The position numbers and the translations under genes were made by a program. 64,000 bases of DNA, from assembly GCA_002104945.1 (NCBI GenBank), contig MCFH01000095.1, positions 52,648 through 116,647 of the forward strand, in the 5' to 3' direction. A model generated the notes under the pieces. The model worked only from the letters and a program-made list of their open reading frames with translations. It made no database searches and had not been told where the DNA came from. This document shows, one piece after another, positions 43,749-59,730 of this stretch (its first letter is position 1; every line of letters begins with the position of its first letter). This DNA is from Piromyces finnis finn (taxonomy: Eukaryota; Fungi; Neocallimastigomycota).

Positions 43749-44752
43749 TGGTAAAAGTATAAAAGTTCATTTTTAATATTAAATTGAATAAAAGATTAAA
43801 AATAACTAAGTTAATCTTAATTACTTTTTTTAAAAAGAATAACTAAATTTTTAGTATTCAGAATAATGACTTTTATTTAATTAATTATGGACAAAATAAA
43901 ATCATAATATTAAGATTATTTATTCGTAATACTTGAAGTATTATTTGTTAGTAATAATCTTTACAAAGGTTTTATTCTATAAACTATTCTAAACTATTTA
44001 TTTTATTTGTAATTTTATATTTAATAATAAAATAACTTTTTAATACATGATTATATTTATAATATATTTTATAATACTAAAACTTAAACTTAAGACATAT
44101 TCATGATTATTAAAATTAAGTATTGTTAATAACATTAATAATGTTAATTATTATTTAATTATAATATAATTAATTGAATATAATTATAATAATTATATTC
44201 ATTGAATTAAAAGGTTATGGAATATCTTATTGAAAATAATTATTATAAAATAAAGTTATTATCTTCCGAAGGATTATTTTAATTTAATTTAACCATTAAC
44301 TTTTATCCTTTGGGTGAATGGTTTATGTTTAATGCATCGGGGTGATAATTCTCTGAATTAACAATTAATCATCAATAACAAAAATATTTTTAAATTGGAA
44401 TATCACATGAATCAACAGAGATATCGACCTAATCTATGATTTATTATTGATATCTCGAGAGTGGCTTTCTAATGAACCCATTTTTATCCAACTCACTCTT
44501 ATCCAAAAATCGCTATTTGTTGTAGAGTTATAATTGTTTTTTGTTATTAAATTATGACCTTCAGGGTTAAAGTTATTTATTATAAAGATTCCTAAGGGTT
44601 AAGGTCATTTTGAATTTTGAATTTTTTTTATATTCTTCAATATTGTTTTATATTTTTTAAAATTTGATAATAATTAATTTTTTTTTATTTTAAAAGGAAT
44701 TTCAAAATTTCAAGTGATCTTGAGATTGCAGATTCCACTAATATCGGTGACA
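43749..44752 (-). mobile_element. Diverged solo LTR, family B (homolog of 57162-58291)
   Basis: Colinear similarity with 57162-58291 (ATAATCTTTACAAAG, TCAGGGG/CGGGGTGATAATTCTCTG, CTCGAG.GTGGCTTTCTAA, CAAGTGATCTTGA); ends GTGACA. No clear TSD. Confidence 0.75.
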
Positions 44753-46252
44753 AAAATGTCAAAATCACAATTCATGAAATTTGACATTTCATGAAATTTC
44801 ATAATTTTGAATTATTAGTTAAATTAATTAAAATATTAATTTAATAATATTTTACTAATAATAGTTTATTTAATATAAATATTAATTGGAAAGCTATTTA
44901 TTATCCGGAGATAAATAGAGTGTAACAATTAATTAATATTAAACAAACCAATTAGTAAAATAAGATTCATTTAAATAATTATTAATATTATTTTTAACAA
45001 CTTATTAATATCGATATTTAAAGAAAATTATATTATTTTTACTATTATATTTTATTAATATTTATATTTATATTATTATACATGTATAACTTAAATTATA
45101 TTATTATTATACTTTATTAATATCAACATTATATTAAAAATGAAGTATAAATAAGTTGAACAAAGAACAACTTTAAGAAGTTCTTTGTGAGATTATTATA
45201 CTCATTTTTATATAGTAAATTCAATATTTAAAATTAATAATTATCATTTACTTATATTATAAAAATTAAATAAAATATTTCTTAAAAAACTATATTTATT
45301 ACTCTTTTATTTATAAAAATTTATTATTTACTATATAATTAAGCCTATCCTAACCTAGTAGACTTAATTATAATTCTAAATCCACTCTAACTCTTGACAA
45401 AAAAAACATCATGCATTACGGTCGTTAAAATAAAAATAGCATGTAAAAATTTTAATGATGTAATTTGATAATAATCTTAATTTTGAATTTTACTTCAAAA
45501 AGTGATTATTATATTATATCTTTTGTTATAACTATATAAGTTATATTGATTAAGATTTAAGATCGTTTTTATAAAAATTAATAAAATTGTTTTGTTAAAA
45601 CACTAAATTGTTTTATTAGAAACACTTGTTTTTCTAATATTTAAATATTTAAAATTTTATTTATTTAAGTATAAAAGTGATTATTAAAATTATAAAATAT
45701 TAATCTAACTATATAATATTTCTTTATTAATAATAATAATAATGATTAAAATAAGAATATTTACATGTATTTATATTTTCTTTTAAATTTAAACTATTTA
45801 CATTAAAACAATAAAATTAATAACTATTTACAATAAAAGTAATTAGAAATAACAATAAAAGAAATAATTAAAAGTTAAAGAATATAAAAAGTTGTTTATT
45901 TTACAATTAATTAAAGTAATAATTATTTTTAATGTTTTAATAAAGGTGTTTAATTATATTATTTTATAACATGAATTATTATATTTGTTTACTTTTAAAG
46001 TGTAATTTACTAACGAAGTTATTAAATATTTAATTTAACAATTAATTTAACAGTTATATATTTTGATCTCGATTAATTAAAGTTTATTATTTTCTTTCAA
46101 TAATCAAAATATATGCAGTGTTTAGGATTAATTTTATTTAAGAATTTTGGTAAAGTACTTAATTAAACTATAACTTGTTTTAAGTTACTTTTAGGGTTAA
46201 CTTAAAAATCAGGTATAATAATAATTTTATATTTATTATTTCATTATTTATC

Positions 46253-48556
<2,304 letters not shown>

Positions 48557-49549
48557 TGTTAAGTTTTTGGATTTGGTTATGCGGCCAGGTCAGAATGTTA
48601 TCAATTATATAGTAAATGTGTTTTTAAGAAATTAAATTTAAATATAAAATAACCCTTTAAACTTCCAAATGAGAAATTAATATTTATTCTTTAGAATAAC
48701 TTTTTTTATAAAATTTTATTTATTTATTAATAATAATATAAATGATAATATATTTAATAACTATATAATTAAGATTATAACTATAATCTTTACAAAGAAT
48801 TAAAATCGAATTCAATTCATTCTATTTTATATTCTTTGTTCAGATTATTAAATTGATAAAAATAAAGTATTACATGTAATATGTTAATAATATAATAAGA
48901 TTGTTTGTTTGTTTGTTTGTTTTGTCATGACATAAAATAAAATAAACATATGATTAATCATTTAAACACTTGATCCATTAACCTATTTTATAATAATTAA
49001 AATTATTTAATTTATAAATGTTAACCGTTACACCTAAATGGTTTAGTTCTATTTTTAGTAACAGTCACTATCATTAATTAAATTAATATAATTAGAATTT
49101 CTATTGATATCTTTTTAATTTTCGTCAAGTCATAAGAAATGTCTATGATCCATACTTGATATCATATTAATTTTAATTTACTTATTAAAATCTTCGAATG
49201 ATCATATCTTCCTTAAATGACCTGTTAGAAGGACCGCGATTGTACCAAAATGTAGCTTTTTCCTTAAGCTTTCTAATAAACCTGGTTTCACAACCGTATC
49301 ACTTACAGCCGTAGCGATCGTTTTTGGCGAGTTACACCTTGTTTCGTGTTTGTTTATTTTTGGTTAAGGGTTATAGTGTATTGATATTAAATTTTTTGAA
49401 ATCATAACCCTTTCACTGAACCAAAATTTAAAAGGTGACTTTTAAAGGTGTTTTAAAATAATTATTGGGATTATTTAATTCTAATTATTATGTTTAATTA
49501 ATTATAGATATTATCTGAATTTGTTTTAAATCCAGTTAATATCTTCACA
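48557..49549 (-). repeat. 3' LTR (family A)
   Basis: 993 bp, TG...CA, direct repeat of 56159-57154. Confidence 0.97.
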
Positions 49550-49946
49550 ACGCCCTCCCTAGGAATTCGTATTCCAGACGAATTCTAGAAACTGGAGCGA
49601 GAAATAAAAATTTTTGATTTTAAAAAATTTTTACGAGAGGAAGTAATAATTTCAAAAGGTCACTTGGCCATTGTGAGATTTTTGAAATTTCACTTTTTGA
49701 AAAATTTCTTTGTTGATAAAATTTTAATAATAAAATTGATAAAGTAAGATTTAAAAATGATAATAGAAATAAAAAAAATTAAGTTTTAATATAATAATTG
49801 AAAAATATTAAAAGTAAAAATTTTGAAATGTTGAAATTTCAAAATTTTGTGATGAGTTAAATTTCGAAATTTAGTTGTTATAAAAATTTTTTGTAATTGT
49901 TGTAAAAGTTATTTTTAGAATTATTGACTTATTAATATAATAATAA

Positions 49947-51198
49947 TTAATTATATGCTATAGAAGCATAATGACGTCCACTTTTTAAATATTTTTGATA
50001 AATGAATTGGTTGCGTGGATTGTCTTCTACTTCACTTGCTGGTACCCAATTGTAAGTAGGGCGGTATTTATATCGAATTTTATATTCATATCGTTGTTGT
50101 TTAGAATTGGTACGGAATCCAGATATTTCCACTATATCTTTTATTGATTCTGGATCCGCAGTTCTATTTAAAAATTCTTTTGGAGTTGGTTTATAAGGTT
50201 CTAACTCAGATACATGAAATATTGGATAGTGTTTGGGGAAGGGTGATTTTTTGATATCAATTTCATAATTGTTATTTCTTAAAACTTGTGTTATTTTATA
50301 TGGACCATATTTGCAAGGAGCTAGTTTGGAACTATTTTCAATATTTAAAGAAGGTGGGGCTTGAATCCAAACTAGATCATCAATTTTAAAATTTGGAGCT
50401 TCTAAACGACTTTTATCCACTCTTCTTTTATACAATTCTTTGGAGCGTAGTAACACTTCTTTTATGTGGTTGAATGCATCATTAACGTTTTGAACTAGTT
50501 TATGATTAATATTACATTGTGGTAATAGGGTCATTTCATCCATCGGAGGATGAAAACCATAATTAATGAAGAATGGTGTTTCTTTGGTTGATTCATTAAC
50601 AGCATTGTTATAAGCGAATTCTGCAAGTGGAAGCCAGTCAACCCAATCGTCATGATAAAAAGACTTGGAATAACATCTAAGATACTGTTCAATAAAAGAA
50701 TTTGACCTCTCGACCTGTCCAACAGTTTCATGATGGTCAGTAGTAGCTATTCTTGGATGAATATATAATAAATCCAAAAATTCGAGCCAAACATCACTTG
50801 TGAATTGTGAGCCTCTATCAGTATATAGGTCATAAGGGAAACCATGTAGACGATATACATTGTTTAAAAAGGCTTTAGCAGTTTGTGCTGCATTTGGAAC
50901 TTGTTTAAACGGAACTAGGTGAATCATTTTGGAAAAGCGGTCAACCACTACCATAATAACGGTGTATCCTTTAGACTCAGGAAGGCCACAAAGAAAGTCA
51001 ATTTCTATAGATTTCCATGGGCGTTCTGGAGTATCTAAGGGTTGCAATTTTCCATACTTACGATGTCTAGTTACTTTATTTCTTGCGCATGTTTCACAAG
51101 AATTAACAAATTTAGTGACATCATCTTTAATTTTAGGCCACCAAAAATTTCGAGTTATCAATTCTAAAGTTCTTTTTATACCAAGATGTCCAGCAGAG
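49947..51198 (-). pseudogene. Integrase with GPY/F motif and divergent C-terminal chromodomain
   Basis: AGHLG..RNFWWP..SCETC; SIEIDF, TDRGSQF, GQVER; KYGPY; YEYKIRY...WVPASEV. Separated from RT by an insertion. Confidence 0.92.
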
Positions 51199-51924
51199 TG
51201 TAAAAATTTTAAAATTTAAAACAGATTATAAAATTTTTTACAATAAAACAAAAACACTAAATAAAATAAAAAATTAAAAACAAAACAAAATTTATTTATA
51301 TCCTCTTTTATTTATTCTTATTTAGTTATTAACTAAACTATAGTTAATAACAATTACATCGTTTAACTATGAAATTTTACATGTATTTATATTTTTTACA
51401 AATTATATTTTAATATACTATTCTATTTAATTATACATATATTCAATATAAAATAAACAAAACTAATTTAATACTAATTTAATTAAATAATAAAATAATA
51501 AAACTAAACTAAAACTAATTAAATACACTTTTGATTCAATTTGAGTAAACTACAAATTGAATACAGTCCATGTATTACCTATATATTAATTAAATATTAA
51601 TAATACTATTTATTATATATTTACTATTAAAAAATACTAATTTAAAACTACGCTAAAGTTATTAAACTATTTTTAATTAAATAAGAACTTTTTAAGATTT
51701 AATTTGAATATTTAAAATATTTAAATTTAATTATCCATTAATTTAAATATTTATCCAAATTTCATTTCCAATTTTGATATTTTAAAATTAATATTTATTT
51801 AATTATTCCTTAAAATTTATATAATAAATTTTATAAATAATTTTTCATTAAAATATCAAAATTATTATTTAATAATTATTAATTAATTATTAAATAATTT
51901 AAAGATATATATTATATCTTTACA
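51199..51924. mobile_element. Nested solo LTR (family C) in the integrase zinc finger
   Basis: 726 bp, termini TGTAAA...TTTACA, TSD CAGAG (51194-51198 and 51925-51929). Removing it restores HEQPSAGHLG. Confidence 0.9.
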
Positions 51925-54388
51925 CAGAGGGTTGTTCATGATATTTCATAAGAACATCTAAACGTAGTTTTTCAGGAATATAAACTAAGTTGTTATATAG
52001 AATAAGATTATTTTTTAATTCAAACTTGTTCATTTTCCTAAATGGTTTATAAGCTTTTTGGTCATTATATGGGCTGAAATATAACATAATATCCTTAGCG
52101 GTTTCATCATCCTTTAAGTATTGAATAACTTGTTCCAAGAAGTTACTCATAATACCTATGAAGCTTGGTATGAGTTTTACATTTTTTGAGTCTAAAATAA
52201 ATTCTGGCTTTACTTCATAAGTCTTATCCATGTAATCAGGTCTGCGAGATAGACTATCAGGTTTACCATTCTTACGACCTTGTCTGTATATAAGTTCAAA
52301 ATCGTATTCTTGAAAGAAAAGGTGCCAGCGATGTTGTCTTTGATTACCTACCTTTCCTCCAAGAGTATAAAGTAAGTTTCTATGATCAGTGTAAACTTTT
52401 ATTTTGTACTTAGCACCAAGAAGAAGGTGCCTCCAAGTAGAGAAAGAATCCTTAATGGCTAATAATTCTTTATCTGTTATAGAATAGTTAACTTCAGAAC
52501 TACTGAGACTTCTGGAATAGTAAGCAACAGGATGTAAACGATTTTCTGAATCATATTGAGATAGTATAGAACCAATAGCAACATTACTTGCATCACATTC
52601 TAAAATATATTGTTTTTGAGGATCAGGATGTGATAAAATAGGTGCGGAAGTTAAACGAGTTTTTAAAATGTTAAATGAGGATTCACATTCTGTAGACCAC
52701 TTGAACTTTGCATTGTGGAGGGGTTTAGCCAAGTCTGCAAAATTCATTACAAAGCGTCTATAATAGTTACAAAGACCTAAAAATCTTTGTACATCCTTAA
52801 CTGTGGTAGGAGTAGGCCAATTTTTGATTGATTCTATCTTTTTTGGGTCGGTAGCAATTCCTGAACCTGAAATAACATACCCTAAGAATTCAACTTGTGG
52901 TTTGTCGAATCCACATTTAGGAAGCTTAGCGTATAGATTATTTTCTAATAGTTTTGAAAGAACTTCACGTACATGTTGGTGGTGTTCTTCTAAGGTTTTT
53001 GAAAATATAAGAATATCATCCAAATAGAGAATAACAGATTTTTCTAAGAAAGGTCTGAGAACAGAATTTATAAATGCCTGGAAAGTAGCAGGAGCATTAC
53101 GTAAACCAAATGGTATCACTAAATATTCATAGTGACCAAATTTTGTGCGAAAAGCAGTTTTATATTCGTCACCATTTCTTATTCTAACTAAATTATAAGC
53201 AGAGCGTAAGTCGAGCTTGGTGAAATAATTTGCACCTTTGACACGTTCTATAATGTCGGTAATAAGCGGTATTGGGTAGGAATTACGTATCGTTACAGAA
53301 TTGAGTTTTTTATAATCAATACAAACTCTAAGAGTACCATCTTTCTTTTTCTGGAACACCACTGGATATCCTGCGGGTGATTCGGATGGTCTAATAAAGC
53401 CTTTTTCTAAATTTTCCTTGATATACTCTTCTAAAACTTTTGATTCTTCTTCTGATAAAGGATAGATGGGACCATAATGAAGAGTAGCATCTTTTTCTAG
53501 TACTATTTTGCAATCTGTAATTCTATGTGGCGGTAGTTTATCAGCTTCTTGTTTGCTGAAAACTTTTGCCAAATCTCGATAGGGTTCTGGAATATCCTCA
53601 ATAGTATGTTCTTCTAAATTGCTTACTTCTTCTGGTTTTTCGGACAAAAAAGTATGAATTAAATAATTATAATTATATCCATCATAATTATTTTTATTTA
53701 ATATAACTTTTTTAGAAAATTTGGAACGTTTAGATTTGAATTTGTGGAATCGACCATTTTTCTTCTTCTTAAAGGTTTTGGATCTGAAATAAAAATTATG
53801 AATTTTATTTTTTAAATTATAAAAAGTAGCGGAATATTTTTTATCATTATTTGCACCTGTAGAAGTGGTAGGTGTAGTATTCTTATCATTTCTATTATAA
53901 GAAATGAATTTTTCTAAATTTAAAAACTTAGTAGCATGCTTCATATTGAATTTCTTTTTGTTAAAATCATATTTTAAATTTGAATATAAATATTTTTTAT
54001 TATAATTATAATGAATTTCATATTTGGACATGAATATATTTCCAAATAATAAATCTGTCGGAATATAATCCGCAAGTAAAAATTTTTCTTTGAAATTGAT
54101 GAAATGAAATTTATTGTTGATAAATAGTTTTAACTGGAAGTTTAGGTTGATATATTCATCAAGTTCAATTGAAGTACCACTGATACCTTGTACAGTGATA
54201 ACATTATTCATTTTGTGAGAATGTAATTGCAATGTACGTAATAGTTTGTACGACATAAAATTACAATAAGATCCACTATCTAATAGTGATGTACATATAG
54301 TTTTATTATGTATTTTATTTGTACCTCCATTATTGGATAATATATATGTATTAAAAGTAAAGAATGTTGAAGGTAACGTATTATCTTT
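51925..54388 (-). pseudogene. Protease-RT-RNase H region of the chromovirus
   Basis: LLDSGS protease site upstream of the listed Met; LRVCIDYKKLN, PFGLRNAPATFQ, YLDD, ECDAS, TDHRNL. Confidence 0.95.
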
Positions 54389-55007
54389 TGTAAAGTCGAC
54401 ACAAAAGAATAGATTAGGATATCTATTCTATTACAATAACACTAAAGATTTATATAAAATTGTTTTGTTAAAAAAATATCTTTTATTATAATAGAAATTA
54501 TATTAATAACAATTACATCGATAAAATGATGAAAAATATCTTCTATTTATATTTTTCCTAAATACATTTATATTATATTATAACTATTTATTTCTTATAT
54601 ATTATTATTTAAAATCTACACTAAAATCTTAATTATTAATAAATATTCAAATATTCAAACTATAACTATTTTTAGTAAAATACAATTGGCAATTCAAATT
54701 AAGTACTATTCAATTTGAATATGTGCCCATGTATTATTGATATATTAAACATTTAATAATTATATACTAGATGTCTATTTCTATTACAAAACAATACTAA
54801 AACTAGGGGTTTGAATTGAGAATTTTAATTTATTTGTTAAACATTAAGAATAAACTAATAATTTATTTTGTTTTAAACTTTAATTATTAATAAATAAATT
54901 ATGTCCCATTTTCTTTTTCTGTAATATAATTCGTGTAACTTAAACAATGATATTTATGGCTTAAGTTACATTAAAGATATCAATCTGTGGCGTTTGATAT
55001 CTTTACA
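54389..55007. mobile_element. Nested solo LTR (related to family C) at the gag-pol junction
   Basis: 619 bp, termini TGTAAAG...CTTTACA, TSD TCTTT (54384-54388 and 55008-55012); shares TTAATAACAATTACATCG, CCATGTATTA and ATATCTTTACA with 51199-51924. Confidence 0.88.
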
Positions 55008-55086
55008 TCTTTATTGATAGTGGGAAAAGTGTAGTTTAATATTTTTATATTCGAGTGGTGATGGGACTTCAATGGAAGTCCTTTAT

Positions 55087-56123
55087 TTAGTTTTTTGAAC
55101 TAATTTTTTGAGCCTTATAATTGTTGTTATAGTAATTATTATTATGTTTTTGGAAGTTATTGCTATTGTTATTGTTATTGTTATTGTTATTGTTGTTGTA
55201 TGGTCTGTGGTGGTTGAAATGTGAATTTCTTTTCTTGTTAGATTTGGAACTGGAAGACTGGGTAATCTTATTCTTTGTAGAAAGAGAACTTTCAATCAAA
55301 ATACATCTAGTTATAATGGACTCCATAGTGGTTGGAAATACCTCCATCTTTTCAATTTCTTCCTGATATTTTGGATGTAACCCATTGTAAAAGATTAAAG
55401 ATAATGCTTCTTCATTCCATTTAAATTGTTGTGAAAGAGAGCGGAATTCTTCGATATAATCATTTATTTTACCATATTGTTGTTTTAAACGCATTATTTT
55501 GATTTTAGCTATCTTGTAACTAGCAACATTGGAGAAAGCAATTCTTAATCCATCCAATAATTCTTGCATGGTAGCTGGATAAATATTATCCTTGTACTTG
55601 GCAAGATACCAATTTCTAGCAGCATCACGAAGACGGGATTGTACAAAATTAATTTTTGTTTCTTCTGGTAAAGATCGATTTGGTAGAGTTTTAAAAGTAT
55701 CTTCACATAATTGGCAAATAGATCGGTCTCACTAGTCTTACCGGAAAACATACCTGGATCTGGGACTTGAGTAATTGGAGTAGCAAAACGACCTCTCATG
55801 ATAACATCATGATCTAAGTCAAATCTTGTTGAAGTAGATTCATCATCTCTAAAGGCAGTAGGTCTTGGAGTAGCTATCCTATCATAGTTGGTATGTAACA
55901 ATGGATGTTCATCTTCATTCTGAGTAACTTGACTATTATTCATACTGGTTAATACTCCCATGATTTCATTTAAACGATTGTTCACATCATTGGAAAAATT
56001 TTGAAAATCTTCACGGAAAACCAAATTTTCATTGATACCCTCAATGATATCTTTGGCAGTCTGAGTAGCATCCTCTCTAAGTTGGTTTACCTCGTCTGGG
56101 AAGTTAGGAACTGGAGTGAACAT
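55087..56123 (-). pseudogene. gag: gag of the chromovirus, one frameshift near 55720
   Basis: PDPGMFSGK..., then an alternative frame gives RLRDAARNWY..MQELLDGLRIAF..LKQQYGKINDYIEEF..FYNGLHPKYQ (Retrotrans_gag-like). Confidence 0.9.
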
Positions 56124-56147
56124 TCTAAAGTAGCCACTAAACAGCGG

Positions 56148-56158
56148 GTAAAGATTAT
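56148..56158 (-). promoter_or_regulatory. Self-priming primer-binding site ATAATCTTTAC
   Basis: Abuts the 5' LTR, lacks TGG, and is the exact complement of GTAAAGATTAT inside the LTR (56394-56384, minus strand). Confidence 0.85.
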
Positions 56159-57154
56159 TGTTAAGTTTTTGGATTTGGTTATGCGGCCAGGTCAGAATGT
56201 TATCAATTATATAGTAAATATGTTTTTAAGAAATTAAATTTAAATATAAAATAACCCTTTAAACTTCCAAATGAGAAATTAATATTTATTCTTTAGAATA
56301 ACTTTTTTATAAAATTTTATTTATTTATTAATAATAATATAAATGATAATATATTTAATAACTATATAATTAAGATTATAACTATAATCTTTACAAAGAA
56401 TTAAAATCGAATTCAATTCATTCTATTTTATATTCTTTGTTCAGATTATTAAATTGATAAAAATAAAGTATTACATGTAATATGTTAATAATATAATAAG
56501 ATTGTTTGTTTGTTTGTTTGTTTGTTTTGTCATGACATAAAATAAAATAAACATATGATTAATCATTTAAACACTTGATCCATTAACCTATTTTATAATA
56601 ATTAAAATTATTTAATTTATAAATGTTAACCGTTACACCTAAATGGTTTAGTTCTATTTTTAGTAACAGTCACTATCATTAATTAAATTAATATAATTAG
56701 AATTTCTATTGATATCTTTTTAATTTTCGTCAAGTCATAAGAAATGTCTATGATCCATACTTGATATCATATTAATTTTAATTTACTTATTAAAATCTTC
56801 AAATGATCATATCTTCCTTAAATGACCAGTTAGAAGGACCGCGATTATACCAAAATATAGCTTTTCCCTTAAGCTTTCTAATAAACCTGGTTTCACAACC
56901 GTAGCACTTACAGCCGTAGCGATCGTTTTTGGCGAGTTACACCTTGTTTCGTGTTTGTTTATTTTTGGTTAAGGGTTATAGTGTATTGATATTAAATTTT
57001 TTGAAATCATAACCCTTTCACTGAACCAAAATTTAAAAGGTGACTTTTAAAGGTGTTTTAAAATAATTATTGGGATTATTTAATTCTAATTATTATGTTT
57101 AATTAATTATAGATATTATCTGAATTTGTTTTAAATCCAGTTAATATCTTCACA
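56159..57154 (-). repeat. 5' LTR (family A)
   Basis: 996 bp direct repeat of 48557-49549. Confidence 0.97.
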
Positions 57155-57161
57155 ATCACTT

Positions 57162-58291
57162 TGTAAAAGTTTTACTAAACTTATAATTTAATATTAAAAT
57201 ATTAAATTAAATAAAAGGTTAAAAGATAACTAGGTTAGAAAAAAAAATGTTTTATTAAAATAATCTTAATTGATTTATAAATGAATAATTAAATTATATA
57301 TTATGGTTAAAATAATTTCTTTTATTTTATTTAATGATATATTGCTAAAATATATAATAATAAGATTATTTAGTAGTAATACTCATTAAGTATTAATTAT
57401 TATTAATAGTTAATAATTTATAGTTAATAATCTTTAGTTAATAATTTATAGTTAATAATTTAATAATTTATGGTTAATAATTTTTGGTTAATAATCTTTA
57501 CAAAGATTTTAATTTCATAAACTATTCTAAACTATTTATACTATTTGTAATTTTACATTTAATAATAAAATAACTTTTCAATACATGATTATATTCATAA
57601 TATATTTTATAATACTTAAACTAAACTTAAGACTTATTCCTAATTATTAAAAAATAACTATTGTTTATAATATTCATAATATTAATTATTTCTTAATTAT
57701 AATATAATTCATTGAATATAATATTAATAATTATAATCCTCTAGTTCAAAGATTATAAATTATGTTATTGAAATAATTATTATAAAATAAAGTTAATTAG
57801 TTCCGGAAAATAATTTTAATTTAATTAAACAATAATTTTTATACTTTGAGTGAATGATTTATGTTTGATATATCAGGGGTGATCATTCTCTGAATAAACA
57901 ATTAATCATTGCTAACAAAATATCTTTAAATTGGAATATCTCGTGAACCAGCAGAGATATTGACCTGATTTTAAGATATGTTGTTTGTCTCGAGCGTGGC
58001 TTTCTAACGAACGTAATTATAACCAAAACATTTTTATTCAAAAATCGTCATTCGTTGAGGAGATACGCGTGTTTTTCCTTATTCCATTTTAACGATAAGG
58101 GTTAAAGTTATTTATTATAAAAATTATTAAGGGTTAAGGTCATATTTTAACCTTTTCTAAATTTTTAAATATTTCTTAATAAAATTTTATAATTTATTTG
58201 AAAATAAAATATTTGTTGATTTTGAATTTTCATAAGTGATTTCACAATTCCAAGTGATCTTGAAATTGTATTTTCACTAGTATTCGTGACA
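57162..58291 (-). mobile_element. Solo LTR, family B
   Basis: TGTAAAAG...GTGACA, TSD CACTT (57157-57161 and 58292-58296); homologs at 43749-44752 and from 60925. Confidence 0.9.
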
Positions 58292-58296
58292 CACTT

Positions 58297-59440
58297 TGTT
58301 AAGTTTTTGGGTTTGGTTATGCGGCCAGGTCAGAATGTTATTAATTATATAGTAAAAATGTTTTTTAAGAAATTAAATTTAATTATAAAATAACACCTTA
58401 AACTCCCAAATGAAAATTGAAAAGTTTATATTTACTTTAAAATAACTTTTTATAAATTTTTTATTTATTTAATAATAATAATATAAATGATATTATAAGT
58501 AACTATATAATTAAGATTATAACTATAATCTTTACAAAGAATTAAAATCGAATTCAATTCATTCTCTTTTATATTCTTTGTTCAGATTATTAAATTGATA
58601 TTAATAAGAATAAAGTATTACATGTAATATATTAGTAATATAATTAAATAAGTAATAAGATTGTTTGTTTGTTTGTTTGTTTGTTTGTTTGTTTGTCATG
58701 ACATAAAATAAAATAAACATATGATTAATCATTTAAACAGTTGATCCTAATTAGTAATTATAAAAACTATTCAATTAATAATTCATCATTATTAATTGAT
58801 ATTACCATAACATATTTGTTATAATTAAATAATTATTATTTTCAAAATTATTTCTAATAAAACTTGCCGTTAACCTATTTTATAATAATTAAGATTATTT
58901 AATTTATAGGTGTTAACTGTTACACCTAAATGGGTCTAGTTCTATTTTTAGTAACAATCGTTATCATTAATTAAATTAATATAACTAAAATTCCTATTGA
59001 TATATTTTTAATTTCATCAAGTCATAAGAAATATTTATGATCCATACTTGATATCATATTGATTTTAATTTACCTAATAAAATCTTTAAATGATCATATC
59101 TTCCTTAAATGATCAGTTAGAAGGACCGCGATTGTACCAAATTGTAGCTTTCTTCCTAAGCTTTCCAATAAACCTAGTTTCATCACCGTAGCACTTACAG
59201 CCGTAGCGATCGTTTTTGGCGAGTTACACCTTATTTCGTACTTGCTTATTTTTGGTTAAGGGTTATAGTGTATTGATATTAAATTTTTGAAATCATAACC
59301 CTTTCACTGAATCAAAATTTAAAAGGTGACTTTTAAAAGTGTTTTAAAATAATTATTGAAATTATTTAATTATAATTATTATGTTTAATTAATTATAGAT
59401 ATTATCTGAATTTGTTTTAAATCCAGTTAATATCTTCACA
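58297..59440 (-). mobile_element. Solo LTR, family A variant (about 150 bp longer)
   Basis: Same termini as LTR A, more diverged, extra segment ~58745-58870; TSD CACTT (58292-58296 and 59441-59445). Confidence 0.93.
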
Positions 59441-59505
59441 CACTTTCTATATTCATTTATAGAATTAAGCTAATATTTTTCTTCGTATCAAATTAAATCA
59501 GTAAA

Positions 59506-59577
59506 GGAGGGTTGGCGCAACGGTAGCGCGTCCGCCTCCAGAGCGGAAGGTTGGGTGTTCGAATCACTCACTCTCCA
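59506..59577 (+). tRNA. trnW: tRNA-Trp (CCA)
   Basis: Cloverleaf: acceptor GGAGGGT/ACTCTCC, D arm GCGC/GCGC, anticodon arm TCCGC-CTCCAGA-GCGGA, T arm GGGTG-TTCGAAT-CACTC; followed by a T run (Pol III terminator). Confidence 0.96.
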
Positions 59578-59730
59578 TTTTTAATACCTATTATACTAGT
59601 TTAATTAAATATTAATAAAAAATACATTTTATTTCCGTTATCTTTTAATAAATATTATTAATTAGAGTTAACATAGTTCATAATTAAATCCTAGAGTTAA
59701 CTCTTATACTCAAATAATTATAACAAAAGA

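Larger units (their letters stand above)
48557..57154 (-). mobile_element. Full-length Ty3/Gypsy chromovirus (Tf1/sushi-like, self-priming), inactivated by nested insertions
   Basis: Two ~99% identical TG...CA LTRs (48557-49549, 56159-57154); TSD ATCAC (48552-48556 and 57155-57159); order gag-PR-RT-RH-INT-chromo on the minus strand; PPT AGGGAGGGCGT at 49550-49560. Confidence 0.97.

Noticed and set aside
56148-56158. tRNA-Trp as primer for the adjacent chromovirus
   Set aside because: The PBS lacks TGG and has no complementarity to the tRNA-Trp 3' end; it matches the LTR instead.
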